Of a DNA stretch of 55,802 nucleotides, positions 43,467-55,802 are shown one piece after another (positions within the stretch are counted from its first letter, which is position 1; each line of letters begins with the position of its first letter). The stretch is from Candidatus Moranbacteria bacterium GW2011_GWE2_36_40. Lineage in GTDB: Bacteria > Patescibacteriota > Minisyncoccia > Moranbacterales > GWC2-37-73. A program made the position numbers and the translations under genes. The stretch is taken from positions 1-55,802 of the forward strand of contig LBRX01000005.1 of assembly GCA_000991645.1 (NCBI GenBank), in the 5' to 3' direction. The notes below the pieces were generated by a model, which was given only the letters and a program-made list of their open reading frames with translations, ran no database searches and was not told the origin of the DNA.

Positions 43467-46400
43467 TCACAGTTTTTCCTCCATAATAACCCAATCAAAT
43501 AAAACGTCTTCGGTGACAAGATTCTTCACGCTAACAGTAAATCCTTCTCCGAATTTTACTTCGGTGACAGCGATTCCTTGATCAAGCGCAACTTTTGGTG
43601 TGATGAAAACTTTTGATGAAACGCTTGCGGCTTTTGTTTTAACAAAGAAAGTTTTTCCATCACTCAATGTATCATCGTCTTTATCATCTTCGTCAATATC
43701 TTTTTTGATTGAAGTAATTGAGTCCTCACCTATCGTGCGAGCTTCTGGATCCAAGACAGACACGATTAATTTGCCCGCTTCCAAACTTTTGACAGTTAAT
43801 TTTCCAGCAATTGCAATATCGCCAGCATCCTCACCCTCTCCAACGCCAAGCAGCATTTTTATAAGTGCAACGTCTTGAGTGTTCAAATCAATTTGCGCGA
43901 TGTTTAATTCAGAATTTGCTTTGATCTGAAGCTCAGCCATTTGTGTCTGCAATGTTTCAATCAATTTTGCTTGTAGCGCAAGCTGACTGCCCAAATCAGA
44001 AACGATCGTGACTTGATTTTCAACAATTTGATTAAAATTACTTTCAGCAGCTGCAACCAATTGATTTACTTGATCCTCAATATTCATGCTGGCAATATTT
44101 AAGGTTACAGCTTCTTCAACTTTTTCAACAGTCAAACTTTGATTTCTGCGTGAAATCAAAACTTGAATTGTTCCTTTTTCGCCAGCAAATGATTGAATCG
44201 CAACACCAACAGTTGATTCGCCAGCATTGGCTTTGCGCAAATATCCAGCAGTTGCGGCTGCTGTCAGATTATCCCCAATTTGAATTGCACCATTTTCACT
44301 GGAAACTTTTCCAGGAACCTGACCGAGCATCGCTGTGATTGCATAATTTTTGTCATTTTCTCTTCCCTCAGGAGCATTTCCCAAAACTGAAGGACTTGTT
44401 GAAATTATTCCTATGATGTCACTGTCGCCAGAACGCTGGCAACGTTTTACTGCATTTTCATTTTCCGTGTCAACGCAAACAGCCTCGCCTGGTTTCAAAT
44501 CTGTGTCTTTGGTATAGAAATATTCAGCATAGTCAGCACTTCCATTTGTCCATGCGTTCGTGCTGTTAACATATGCACTATTTGTTCCATCGCCATTCCA
44601 ATCAACCATGAATTTATACGTCGGTGCGACCACGCCAACACCAACATTACCGTTATCCAAAATGGTAAAGTTGGCTGTGCCGGCAGAATTTGATGCTTGC
44701 AAAGTTATTCCCGTTCCTGTGCCTAATCCATGAATATCAAACATTCCCCCAGGTGTTGTTGTATTCACTCCAAGACCAAACGTGCTCATTCCACCTGCGC
44801 CATCTGATGTTCCATACATTGTCAGCATGGCATTTCCATCCAAACTTGCAGTATAACTGTTAACCACACCGACAGCAGAATCGGTTGTTACTGCCATATC
44901 AATCCAATTTATTATTCCAGAATCTGCAGCAAATTCTTGTGTTCCCATGCTCAAGCTTGCAATTGAAGTTACTCCACTGGTATCAATTGAAAATGCGCTA
45001 GTTCCTGCAATGCCATCGCCATTGAAAATCTTAAATTTGTTTGAATCAGTCACATCAACTCCCATTGAAAATTGTTGAGCTCCAGCGCCAAGTCGGAAAT
45101 AGTTATTCGTGTTGTCCCAATAAAGGTTAGCGTTATTTTGATCATAAATTCCACTTGCGCCTGCAAAAACTAACGAACCTTGAGTGAATTGAGTGGTTGA
45201 ACCTGTGCCACCGTGAGTCACATCAATGGCAGTTCCATTCCAAACACCGCTCGTGATTGTTCCGAGCGTTGTTATTGAACTTGCGCCAGTCCATGTTCCA
45301 CCAGCGATTGCAGCCAAATCTGCATTATATCCTTGCACATCAGTTCCAATTGCAAGTCCCAAATTTGTTCTGGCTGTTGCTGCATCAACCGCGCCAGTTC
45401 CACCATTTGCAACAGCTATTGCAGTTCCATTCCACGCTCCAGCGACAACTTGGCCGGAAGCGTTGATTTGAAAAGCATCACTCGTGCCAACTGTGAAAAG
45501 TGAAGCAGGAGTGGTGTCGCCGATACCGACGTTGCCACCGGAAATTGCAGTAAGTGCCGCAGTCCCACCTGGTCTTATATAAACAGTTTGCCCTCCAGCA
45601 GAATCAATATACATAGCGTTCTGAGAATGAATCACTCCACTATTTCCAATATTTATTGAACCATTTATATCAAGGGCATATACTGGCGTTGCCATACCTA
45701 TTCCAACATTGCCGTTATCCAAAATAGTAAACTTGGCTGCGCCAGTTGAATCAGATGTTTGCAGCGCTACACCAGTTGTCGTGCCACTGCTATGCACATC
45801 CAACATTGCACTCGGCACACTGGTGTTGATTCCAATTCCACGATTAGCAATGCCGCCAGCGCCGTCAGAAGTTCCATACACGGTTAGCATTGCATTTCCA
45901 TCTAACATCGCTCCATAACTTTCAACCGTTCCGTTTGTTGCAGTCGAGGTCACTGGCATATCGGTCCATGAAATTGCTCCTGAATTTTCAGCAAACGATT
46001 GCGCTCCAAGTTGCAGACTTGCGATGTTCGTCACTCCATTTGTATCTATCGTAAACTGACCAGTTCCCGCAATTCCACTTCCAGTTGCAATCTTAAATTT
46101 GCTTGAATCAGTCGCATCAACTCCCATTGAAAATTGTTGAGCGCCCGCGCCAAGTCGGAAATAGTTATTTGTGTTATCCCAATAAAGATTGCCATTACTA
46201 TTTTGAGAATAAATTCCTGATGCTCCCGCAAAAACTAACGAGCCTTGAGTAAATTGAGTCAATGTTCCCGTTCCACCACTAGTAACCGGTAAAATTCCAG
46301 TCACATTTGTGGATGCAAGATTAATCGCATTAGCAGTAATTTGTTGACCACTTAAAGATAAATAATTTTCTCCTGCTATGGTTGCAGCGCTGTGAATTGC

Positions 46401-47681
46401 CGTGCCACTCCAAGTCGGAACTCCAGCGACCAAGGTTAAAACTTGTCCATCTGAACCACGAGTAATTTTTCCAAGTGTTGAGGTAGTATCCGCATACAGC
46501 ATATCGCCAATAGAATATGAAGCATAACCAGTTCCACCATATTGTGCACCTAAGGCAGTAGAAAGTGTCAATGAATTGAATGCCACATCTGATGTTGTGT
46601 TGATTGTTTGTGGAAGAGAAATCGTAACTGCACCATTTGCAGCTGAAACAGCAACTTGATTAGCAGTTCCAGCCAAACTTGTCACTCCAGAGTTAGCAAT
46701 TGAAATTGAACCAGCGCCATTAGTGATAGAAATTCCAGTGCTAGCAGTTAATGTTGCTAAGGAATATCCTGCACCATTTCCAATTAACAATGTTCCACTA
46801 GCTGCACTTGCACCATTAACTCCCGTTCCGCCATATTGAGCACCAATCGCACTTCCTTGCCAAGCCCCAGCCACGACTTGACCGGAGGAGTTGATTTGGA
46901 ATTGTGAAGTTGCACCGACTGAGAAAAGTGAAGTTGGGGTTAAAGTTCCAATTCCAACATTAATTTGATTTGAACCACCGATACTTATATTTGACCAAGA
47001 ACTTGAGTTTCCATAGATCAAAGTAGCTCCAGAATTAGAAATGGCTGGATAACTACTCATATAGTAACTTCCGCTTGAAACAGCCAAATCTCCTGCAAAG
47101 TTTGAAATTCCATTAACATTTAATTTATAGCCCCCTGGCACAGTTCCAATTCCCAACCTCTTGTTTGTATTGTCCCAAAACAGATTTGTGTTGTCTTGAG
47201 AATAAACTCCACTAGCTCCCGCGAAAACTAAGGAGCCAGGCGTGAATGCTCCTGCTCCTGTGCCTCCATTAGCAACTGGTAAAATTCCGGTCACATTTGT
47301 TCCGAGATTAACAGTATTTAATGATGCCAATGTTCCCAACCCAACAATATTTCCATTTAATTTGTTGATTGCCTGCAAGATTGTATCAGTTGCAGTAATA
47401 GTGCCTGCACCTGAAACAAAACCGGTTAGAAGTTTTCCAGTTACTGCAGTGTCAGTGAATGATGCTGATGGAAGTGCGTTGGTTGCCAGTGTTCCTTGAG
47501 CCGATGTTGCATATGCAGATGAAGCGGTGAATGCTGCAGTTCCCAGTAGTCCTGTTACTGAATTTAAGTTTGTAACTGTAGCTGTCATGCCTGTCAGGTT
47601 TGTGGCATTGGCTGCTGTTCCTGTTGTGTCTTGATTTAGAATTGGAATATCAGCCACTGCAATTGCTCTCATGGTTGGCAT
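43467..47681 (-). CDS. Tail-fibre-like giant protein, distal segment
   Basis: 1404 aa with repeated (L/I)P(V/I).(N/S)GGTG motifs and [17 protein letters not shown]. The GSADYAEYF region is followed by a coiled coil and a C-terminal beta domain. Confidence 0.75.
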   Translation of the reverse strand: MPTMRAIAVADIPILNQDTTGTAANATNLTGMTATVTNLNSVTGLLGTAAFTASSAYATSAQGTLATNALPSASFTDTAVTGKLLTGFVSGAGTITATDTILQAINKLNGNIVGLGTLASLNTVNLGTNVTGILPVANGGTGAGAFTPGSLVFAGASGVYSQDNTNLFWDNTNKRLGIGTVPGGYKLNVNGISNFAGDLAVSSGSYYMSSYPAISNSGATLIYGNSSSWSNISIGGSNQINVGIGTLTPTSLFSVGATSQFQINSSGQVVAGAWQGSAIGAQYGGTGVNGASAASGTLLIGNGAGYSLATLTASTGISITNGAGSISIANSGVTSLAGTANQVAVSAANGAVTISLPQTINTTSDVAFNSLTLSTALGAQYGGTGYASYSIGDMLYADTTSTLGKITRGSDGQVLTLVAGVPTWSGTAIHSAATIAGENYLSLSGQQITANAINLASTNVTGILPVTSGGTGTLTQFTQGSLVFAGASGIYSQNSNGNLYWDNTNNYFRLGAGAQQFSMGVDATDSSKFKIATGSGIAGTGQFTIDTNGVTNIASLQLGAQSFAENSGAISWTDMPVTSTATNGTVESYGAMLDGNAMLTVYGTSDGAGGIANRGIGINTSVPSAMLDVHSSGTTTGVALQTSDSTGAAKFTILDNGNVGIGMATPVYALDINGSINIGNSGVIHSQNAMYIDSAGGQTVYIRPGGTAALTAISGGNVGIGDTTPASLFTVGTSDAFQINASGQVVAGAWNGTAIAVANGGTGAVDAATARTNLGLAIGTDVQGYNADLAAIAGGTWTGASSITTLGTITSGVWNGTAIDVTHGGTGSTTQFTQGSLVFAGASGIYDQNNANLYWDNTNNYFRLGAGAQQFSMGVDVTDSNKFKIFNGDGIAGTSAFSIDTSGVTSIASLSMGTQEFAADSGIINWIDMAVTTDSAVGVVNSYTASLDGNAMLTMYGTSDGAGGMSTFGLGVNTTTPGGMFDIHGLGTGTGITLQASNSAGTANFTILDNGNVGVGVVAPTYKFMVDWNGDGTNSAYVNSTNAWTNGSADYAEYFYTKDTDLKPGEAVCVDTENENAVKRCQRSGDSDIIGIISTSPSVLGNAPEGRENDKNYAITAMLGQVPGKVSSENGAIQIGDNLTAAATAGYLRKANAGESTVGVAIQSFAGEKGTIQVLISRRNQSLTVEKVEEAVTLNIASMNIEDQVNQLVAAAESNFNQIVENQVTIVSDLGSQLALQAKLIETLQTQMAELQIKANSELNIAQIDLNTQDVALIKMLLGVGEGEDAGDIAIAGKLTVKSLEAGKLIVSVLDPEARTIGEDSITSIKKDIDEDDKDDDTLSDGKTFFVKTKAASVSSKVFITPKVALDQGIAVTEVKFGEGFTVSVKNLVTEDVLFDWVIMEEKL

Positions 47682-47806
47682 TCCTGCTGATCCGTTTGGT
47701 GCAGCCCAGAAGAAGTTTGCTGTGCTTGATGAAAATGCTGGAGCATATGATGAAGATGCGGATGTTTAAAGTGTTTGTGCCGTTGGCTGTGATGGTAAGG
47801 CCGTTA
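47344..47806 (-). repeat. Direct repeat copy 1 spanning the ORF junction of the fibre locus
   Basis: Near-identical to 48768-49233 (almost perfect from 47424), apart from a 4-nt indel. Confidence 0.85.
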
Positions 47807-49104
47807 ACTGTTGTGAATGAGGGAGTGGCTGAAGTTGCAATTGAAATACTTCCAACTCCATTTGTAATTGCAATATTATTTCCCTGAGTAAGGGTTGCAA
47901 GCGCATATCCATCACCCTTTCCAATTAAAAGTGTTCCATTTGCTGCAGTAGCACCACTAATGCCAGTTCCACCACGTGAAACATTCAAATATTGTTCATT
48001 GCCAAGTGTATTTGTGCCTGTCCAATATGTCACATACCCATTAACTCCTGTACCTGTGATTCCACCAACACCAGAAACTGTTGAGCATGCCCAAACCTTG
48101 GTCGTATTATTCCAAGCCAAAACTTCATTATTTGCACAACCTTGAAGCAACGCCAATTGATTGTTCAATGCTCCAGAAAATTGCATACCAGAAAATGAGG
48201 AAGTTGCTGGCGAAGTGCCACCATTCGCAGAAAGAAGTGCAACTGAAAGTGTTCCTGTTTCTGTTATTGGACCACCAGTAAGACCATCACCAGAGCCAAC
48301 ACTTGTTACTGTTCCAATTCCACCAGTTCCCCCTGTTACCGTTCCCCAATAAAGATTACTACTTGCATCAATTTTTAAAACTTGTCCAGATGCTCCAGTT
48401 GCTGTTGGAAGTGTATATGCAATATCGGCAGCTTGTGAACCGCTATTTTGAAAAGCAGTTTGATATGTTCCTGATTTTATATTCAAAGCACCATCAAGAG
48501 TTGCACCCGCAAAGGTTGGTGAATTTGTTGTTTGCAAGTTTTGATTAATAGAAACATTTGCACCAGTAATTGTAAGTGTTTTTGATGCTGTTCCTCCAGC
48601 AACTGTGAATCCATCAGCCAATGACGAAAGAGTTAATCCGTTAACTTTAGTTGGAGTAATATCGCCAAGTGTTAGTGTAATTGCTGGAGTTGTTGTTGCT
48701 GTTGCAACTGAACCAGAAATTCCGTTGGCAGTTGTGACTGAAACTGTTGTGACTGTTCCGCCAGCTCCAATATTTCCATTTAATTTTTGTATTGCTTGTA
48801 GTATTGTATCGGTAGCAGTAATCGTTCCAGCACCAGAAACATAGTTTGTTAGAAGTTTTCCAGTTACTGCAGTGTCAGTGAATGATGCTGATGGAAGTGC
48901 GTTGGTTGCTAGTGTTCCTTGAGCAGCTGTTGCATATGCAGATGAAGCCGTGAATGCTGCAGTTCCTAGAAGTCCCGTTACTGAATTTAGATTTGTAACT
49001 GTAGCTGTCATTCCTGTTAGGTTTGTGGCATTAGCAGCTGTTCCTGTTGTGTCTTGATTTAGAATTGGAATATCAGCCACTGCTATTGCTCTCATGGTTG
49101 GCAT
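47650..49104 (-). CDS. Tail-fibre-like protein, middle segment
   Basis: 484 aa. The first ~110 aa are nearly identical to the N-terminus of the 1404-aa ORF. The last ~35 aa ([17 protein letters not shown]...) look like out-of-frame read-through. Confidence 0.65.
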   Translation of the reverse strand: MPTMRAIAVADIPILNQDTTGTAANATNLTGMTATVTNLNSVTGLLGTAAFTASSAYATAAQGTLATNALPSASFTDTAVTGKLLTNYVSGAGTITATDTILQAIQKLNGNIGAGGTVTTVSVTTANGISGSVATATTTPAITLTLGDITPTKVNGLTLSSLADGFTVAGGTASKTLTITGANVSINQNLQTTNSPTFAGATLDGALNIKSGTYQTAFQNSGSQAADIAYTLPTATGASGQVLKIDASSNLYWGTVTGGTGGIGTVTSVGSGDGLTGGPITETGTLSVALLSANGGTSPATSSFSGMQFSGALNNQLALLQGCANNEVLAWNNTTKVWACSTVSGVGGITGTGVNGYVTYWTGTNTLGNEQYLNVSRGGTGISGATAANGTLLIGKGDGYALATLTQGNNIAITNGVGSISIATSATPSFTTVNGLTITANGTNTLNIRIFIICSSIFIKHSKLLLGCTKRISRNANHESNCSG

Positions 49105-49233
49105 TCCTGCTGATCCGTTTGGTGCAGCCCAGAAGAAGTTTGCTGTGCTTGATGAAAATGCTGGAGCATATGATGAAGATGCGCGGCGATGTTTAAAGTG
49201 TTTGTGCCGTTGGCTGTGATGGTAAGGCCGTTA
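48768..49233 (-). repeat. Direct repeat copy 2 spanning the ORF junction of the fibre locus
   Basis: Carries 4 extra nt (cggc, near 49184-49187) relative to copy 1. Confidence 0.85.
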
Positions 49234-51413
49234 TATGTTTTTCCGGTAAGCGCTGAGGCAATTTTATTGTCCGCTATCGCAGTTGCATTCCAAGTTCCAG
49301 TTGCAATTGTTCCAAGCGTTGTGATGTTTGTTGAACCTGTCCAAGTTGAAAGCGCAGTGTCTTCAACACTACCAAGTCCGATATCATTTTTTGTTAATGT
49401 TATCCAAGCAAGATCTGCTCCGACACCATTTGATTTCAAAAGTTGTCCAGAAGTTCCGGGTCCGAGTAATGACCAAGTTGGAGTAGCTCCTTGACCAGCA
49501 ATTATAGCTCCTTGAACCACTGTATTTGCAGTCGTATCTGAATGTGAAGTTGAAAGAAATGGATGAGCGCTTCCTGAAACAGAACCCCAGGTTGGAACTC
49601 CACCAACAATTGTCAACGCTTGACCATCAGATCCAATTGAGCGACGTGAAAAAGTATTTCCACTGGAATAATATAACATGTCACCAGCACTGTATGTTGA
49701 AAGTCCGGTGCCACCATTGGCAATTGTCAATGGCGAAGAAAGAGTAAGTGAGGCAAAAGTAGCATCAGCTGTAGTTGAAATATTTTGAGGCAAAGAAATT
49801 GTGACGACACCAGTATTTGCTGAAACTGTTATTTGATTTGCTGTTCCATTAAGTTGCGTTACTCCAGCATTTGCAATGCTAACTGTTCCTGGTCCATTAG
49901 TAACGGAAATTCCAGTGCTGCCACTCAATGTTGCCAGAGAATAATCTGTTCCATTTCCGATTAATAATTGTCCACTGGCAGGCGCAGCAGAAAGTCCAGT
50001 TCCACCTTTTGCAATTCCCAAAACAGCAAGTTCTGTCAAAGTGTTTCCTGCTCCCCAGATTGCCAAATTATTTTGCGTTCCACTTCCTGTCACTCCTCCT
50101 GCACCCAAAACTGAAACCCAACTTGGCAAATGTGTGATCGGATCAATCATCAAAACTTTACTGTCAGCACCAACATTAGAAAGTTTGCTAAGCGTGTTTG
50201 CTGCACTTGAATAAAGCAAATCTCCAGCAGCATAAGTATTTATCCCTGTTCCACCGCGCACAGCACTTATTGTTCCGCCATTCCAAACGCTGGCAGCATT
50301 TGAAAAATTCCAAGCTCCTGTAATAATTTCATTTTGATTTTTTCTTGCAATACCAGAAGTCGCATAATCAATCCCTATTGTTGCAATATTGCTGGCCAAA
50401 CTAAAAGAAAAATCACTATTAAAATTAATTTCACTAATTGAATCTTCGCCATTAACTGTAATAACAGCCATTGATGCTCCAACAAAATTTGAACATTTCC
50501 AAACTTTAGCGCCAGAATCCCAGCTCAAAACCTGACTATTGGCACAACCTTGAAGCAACGACAACTGATTACTATTAACTCCCGCAAATTCAAGTCCTGA
50601 ATATGACTGAGTATTTCCAGTAGTTCCATCCAATGCATCCAAGAGATTTATTCCCAAAGTCAAATCCAGACCTTCGCCACCAGCATTTCCACCCAAAATT
50701 CCATTACCACCAGAAATTGAAGCAACGTAATCCCCTGTCGTGTTCGATCCCAAAGCAATCAAATTTGAAAGTGATGTTTTTCCTGTTCCGCCATATTTAA
50801 CATCAAGAATTCCTGAATTTATTTCTGAAGCATCTGATTTTTTCAAGCGAGAATCATTTCCCAAAACCAGTTGCTTTGACCCTGTTCCTGTTGGAAGCAT
50901 GTCTATGTCAATTTTTCCTTTCACATCAAGCTGTGGAATGTTTCCATTTCCAGTTCCTAGTGTTGCGCCTTCAAGCATGGCTGAATCCAAAGCAAATGGG
51001 GCAGCTCCAAGTTTTTTGCGAGGAACAAATTCACTGTCAGTATTTATTCTTATTCCAAGATAATATTCTGTGCTTGAAAAATTAAGATCGGTCGGAACTG
51101 GCGTTGATGCTCCAAGATAGGCGCTCAAAACTCCATCGCGAATGTACACTTTTTGAGTTTCCTGCCAAACACGCTGCGATGCGTCACTGTTGGATGGATA
51201 CGCATCAACATTTTTTCGATCATTTCGATACAAAGCAAAACGAATTTCATATTCGCCATTTGGCAAGGCTTCATTCTTGCTGTTTGCAACAAATGCTGAG
51301 ACATTGATTTGCGGCAAAACTTGAGCATGCGAAAACTCAACACCAAGAATCAACAACATTGAAGCAATGAAGGTAGTTGAGGCTATTAAAATTTTATTTT
51401 TGTTACTTATCAT
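49092..51413 (-). CDS. Tail-fibre-like protein, proximal segment with signal/anchor
   Basis: 773 aa; N-terminal ILIASTTFIASMLLILGVEFSHAQ; GGTG-motif repeats. The last ~38 aa ([14 protein letters not shown]...) look out of frame. Confidence 0.7.
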   Translation of the reverse strand: MISNKNKILIASTTFIASMLLILGVEFSHAQVLPQINVSAFVANSKNEALPNGEYEIRFALYRNDRKNVDAYPSNSDASQRVWQETQKVYIRDGVLSAYLGASTPVPTDLNFSSTEYYLGIRINTDSEFVPRKKLGAAPFALDSAMLEGATLGTGNGNIPQLDVKGKIDIDMLPTGTGSKQLVLGNDSRLKKSDASEINSGILDVKYGGTGKTSLSNLIALGSNTTGDYVASISGGNGILGGNAGGEGLDLTLGINLLDALDGTTGNTQSYSGLEFAGVNSNQLSLLQGCANSQVLSWDSGAKVWKCSNFVGASMAVITVNGEDSISEINFNSDFSFSLASNIATIGIDYATSGIARKNQNEIITGAWNFSNAASVWNGGTISAVRGGTGINTYAAGDLLYSSAANTLSKLSNVGADSKVLMIDPITHLPSWVSVLGAGGVTGSGTQNNLAIWGAGNTLTELAVLGIAKGGTGLSAAPASGQLLIGNGTDYSLATLSGSTGISVTNGPGTVSIANAGVTQLNGTANQITVSANTGVVTISLPQNISTTADATFASLTLSSPLTIANGGTGLSTYSAGDMLYYSSGNTFSRRSIGSDGQALTIVGGVPTWGSVSGSAHPFLSTSHSDTTANTVVQGAIIAGQGATPTWSLLGPGTSGQLLKSNGVGADLAWITLTKNDIGLGSVEDTALSTWTGSTNITTLGTIATGTWNATAIADNKIASALTGKTYNGLTITANGTNTLNIAAHLHHMLQHFHQAQQTSSGLHQTDQQECQP

Positions 51414-51492
51414 TGTCGCAAAAATGAAACACCCCTTTTATTTTAAATCTTTTTCCAAACCAATTTCACAAACTTTATAACTTTCAACTTTT

Positions 51493-52338
51493 TTACTTTT
51501 TCATTGCCCATCCAAAAATATCTCCGAACTGTGCAGCAATCAATTCAAAAACAGAAACCGGTTTGGCTCCAGTAAACACAGCAAGCACATTAGAGCTAGA
51601 AATATTTCCTGAACGATCAACCACCTTAACAGAAAAAAGATATCTTGCTGACTGCTCAAGACTATTGAGGATGAGCGCATGTGAAAATCCATATCCATCT
51701 TCTTTGATGCTTCTCTCTGATCCATTTCCATCTTTGGAATATTTAACTTCGGATTTTGCCAACTTGTTTGTTTTCCAAGAAAGCAACAGCTGAGTTTTTT
51801 TCCCATCTTTGCTCATCAACATTTCACTGTGCACATCAGAAACTTCCAATGGCAAATTTTCACTGACAGCTTCCAAGACAATATTCCCAGTTCCAATTGC
51901 AATTTCTCGTATTTGATAATTTTCACTTTTTCCATCCAATCCTTTTTCCTCGCCACTAATATTAATATTTTCAGAAATAGCAGGAGAATTTTGACTTTCC
52001 TTTTCAATTGCTGGAGTGGTTACTTTTGGATCATTCAAAAAAGCATGATCTTGATTTTCAGGAATCTCAATTTGCGCTTGTTCTGCTTGCATGTTTTTCT
52101 CTTGAGAATTTTTATTTTTAAAAAATACTATTATCAAAGCTCCGAATGTCGCCAACAAAACAAGCATTATTCCGGCTATTTTCAAACCTTTTCGACGAAA
52201 ATCTTTCTTTTTTTGCAACTTCTGAAATTCCAACTCAACCCGATTTTCCTCAGCCCGAAAACGATTACTTCTGTCTCCTGAAGCAACCTCAAAATTCTCA
52301 GTTTTTTCTGATTGATTTTCCACCTTTTCCTTTTCCAA
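51493..52338 (-). CDS. Membrane-anchored hypothetical protein with C-terminal FN3/Ig-like domain
   Basis: 281 aa; TM segment IAGIMLVLLATFGALIIVFF; C-terminal SEVKYSKDGNG...YLFSVKVVDRSGN. Confidence 0.6.
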   Translation of the reverse strand: MEKEKVENQSEKTENFEVASGDRSNRFRAEENRVELEFQKLQKKKDFRRKGLKIAGIMLVLLATFGALIIVFFKNKNSQEKNMQAEQAQIEIPENQDHAFLNDPKVTTPAIEKESQNSPAISENINISGEEKGLDGKSENYQIREIAIGTGNIVLEAVSENLPLEVSDVHSEMLMSKDGKKTQLLLSWKTNKLAKSEVKYSKDGNGSERSIKEDGYGFSHALILNSLEQSARYLFSVKVVDRSGNISSSNVLAVFTGAKPVSVFELIAAQFGDIFGWAMKK

Positions 52339-52560
52339 TTTTTTGTTTTATTAAAGGAAAAAATCCCACAAATTACCTGTACAAATTATACCTTTTTTTT
52401 CACTTTTAGACAACAAAATATCAAGTCAAATTTTGGCTTAAATCAAGCAAAACTATTCCAAACAAAAAAGTTATCCACAGCTTATTTTGCATAATAAAAA
52501 ATCCCGACAAAATGCCGAGATTTTTTGAGATTTTTCAGATACTATTTTTGTTTTTTATCT

Positions 52561-52693
52561 GACCCTCTCAACCTCTCTGTCCTACGGACATCTCTCCTCA
52601 TCTGAGGAGAGAAAAATATTAAAGAAATCCACACCCTCTCTGTTCTGACTACAGGACATCTCTCCCAAAGGGAGAGAACGATATTGAAGAAAG
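52561..52693 (-). repeat. Two tandem ~65-nt units, each with a TCTCTCC/GGAGAGA hairpin, just downstream of gyrB
   Basis: Hairpins at 52591-52612 (10-bp stem) and 52659-52677 (8-bp stem). Conserved flanks ggacatctctcc and atatt.aagaaa. No U-tract. Confidence 0.6.
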
Positions 52694-52696
52694 TTT

Positions 52697-54826
<2,130 letters not shown>

Positions 54827-54954
54827 TCACTTAGCGTTTTTATAAATTTTTAATTTCCAATTTTTAATTTTTAAATAAATCTTAATGTCTTAATTTTTTA
54901 AACATTAAAAATTCAAACATTATTTATAAAATTAAAAATTACAAAATTATTTTA

Positions 54955-55377
54955 TTATCTTCTCGTCAAAAAATACAATTCAACAAGAAATATTCCAGCC
55001 ACTGCTAATGCTCCGTCCCACCAAGTCAACAAGCGATTTTGCTGCAAAAAAAGCAACGCCACCACGAGCACCGACATCAAAACACCTTGACGGAAACTCA
55101 TTCCAATATATGCAAGTGCTGTTTTTTCATCCCCGCCAATTGATCTTCTGAGCCAAGTAAAAAAAAGAACAAACACTCCAGCCAACAATAAAAATGTTGC
55201 TACAAAAAAAATAGCCTGCCCAATGGCCCCGGTTTTTTCAGGATCAACTTGTTTTATAACAAGAATCCATGCTGCCAACATGGCAATAACTCCAGTTCTA
55301 ATTATCCAAAGATAAGATCTGAGTGTCATATTTTTTGTTTGTTTTTTCAATTTTCCTACTAACAAAGTATACATCAT
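54955..55377 (-). CDS. Small integral membrane protein
   Basis: 140-aa ORF with four hydrophobic helices. The start may be the internal MTLRSYLW Met at 55329. Confidence 0.55.
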   Translation of the reverse strand: MMYTLLVGKLKKQTKNMTLRSYLWIIRTGVIAMLAAWILVIKQVDPEKTGAIGQAIFFVATFLLLAGVFVLFFTWLRRSIGGDEKTALAYIGMSFRQGVLMSVLVVALLFLQQNRLLTWWDGALAVAGIFLVELYFLTRR

Positions 55378-55437
55378 TCAAAACCTTTCCGCAAGGCTTT
55401 GTCAGTTATCTTTTGCTTCAAACAAGGCTTTGAAAAT

Positions 55438-55471
55438 ACAAATACAGCACCCGAATGGATGCTGTATTTGT
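55438..55471 (-). terminator. Hairpin after tRNA-Asp (possible terminator)
   Basis: 12-bp stem acaaatacagca / tgctgtatttgt with a 10-nt loop. On the minus strand it is followed by attttc, a weak U-tract. Confidence 0.4.
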
Positions 55472-55478
55472 TTTAATG

Positions 55479-55552
55479 CGGGGCCGATGGGACTCGAACC
55501 CACGACCTATTGCGTGACAGGCAATCGCTCTAACCAGCTGAGCTACGACCCC
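55479..55552 (-). tRNA. tRNA-Asp (GTC)
   Basis: The minus strand folds as GGGGTCG-TA-GCTC-AGCTGGTTA-GAGC-G-ATTGC-CTGTCAC-GCAAT-AGGTC-GTGGG-TTCGAGT-CCCAT-CGGCCCC-G. 74 nt; no encoded CCA. Confidence 0.9.
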
Positions 55553-55679
55553 ATTATTTAGAAAAAATTTCTAATTTCTAATTTCTAATTTCTAAACAAA
55601 TTCCAATGACTCAATTTCTAAATTGAAAAATTGAAAATTAAATGAAAATTGTGAATTGAAAATTGAAAATTAATCTTTG

Positions 55680-55753
55680 TAGCAGGGGTGGGACTCGGAC
55701 CCACGACCCCAGCCTTATGAAGGCTGTGCTCTAACCAGCTGAGCTACCCTGCC
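55680..55753 (-). tRNA. tRNA with CAT anticodon (elongator Met or Ile2)
   Basis: GGCAGGG-TA-GCTC-AGCTGGTTA-GAGC-A-CAGCC-TTCATAA-GGCTG-GGGTC-GTGGG-TCCGAGT-CCCAC-CCCTGCT-A. It lacks the initiator features (no three G-C pairs in the anticodon stem). Confidence 0.85.
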
Positions 55754-55802
55754 AATCAAACAAACAACTTACAACTAACCACAAACAACTGTGAGTTTTT
55801 GT

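Noticed and set aside
55553-55679. Tandem aatttct / gaaaatt repeats between the two tRNAs
   Set aside because: These are short AT-rich low-complexity repeats of the kind common in this window's intergenic DNA (also 54840-54950). Nothing specific supports a function.

Overview
AT-rich bacterial window whose gene content suggests a Patescibacteria/CPR-like genome (inference). Every credible gene and both tRNAs lie on the minus strand; the plus-strand ORFs look like antisense shadows.

Contents in plus-strand coordinate order:
(1) A surface-protein cluster: a cohesin-like protein with six Ig-like repeats, an FN3-dockerin protein, an FN3 protein, and an O-antigen-ligase-like/TPR membrane protein.
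(2) A roughly 10 kb array (9.4-19.9 kb) of self-promoted accessory genes: four AAA/DUF4143 ATPases, AbiEi/AbiEii and RhuM-Fic. These genes are separated by two recurring coding-fragment boxes. The L-box is a ...PSGLSVM-stop fragment. The R-box is a LamG C-terminal fragment, DEVRIYNRALSA...RK-stop. The junctions also carry short palindromes.
(3) A 2628-aa beta-helix/LamG giant protein and a disrupted paralogue.
(4) A complete diversity-generating retroelement (target, RT, TR, Avd). Its template repeat is split by a 296-bp element with terminal inverted repeats (TIR) that encodes a GIY-YIG protein.
(5) A RAYT transposase with GTAG-type REP palindromes, plus two more ATPase genes.
(6) A tail-fibre-like locus of about 2660 aa broken into three ORFs at about 460-bp direct repeats. 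Each repeat contains an in-phase T_TTA_AAC heptamer.
(7) gyrB, tRNA-Asp and tRNA-Met.

All functional calls rest on motifs read by eye. No database search was possible.
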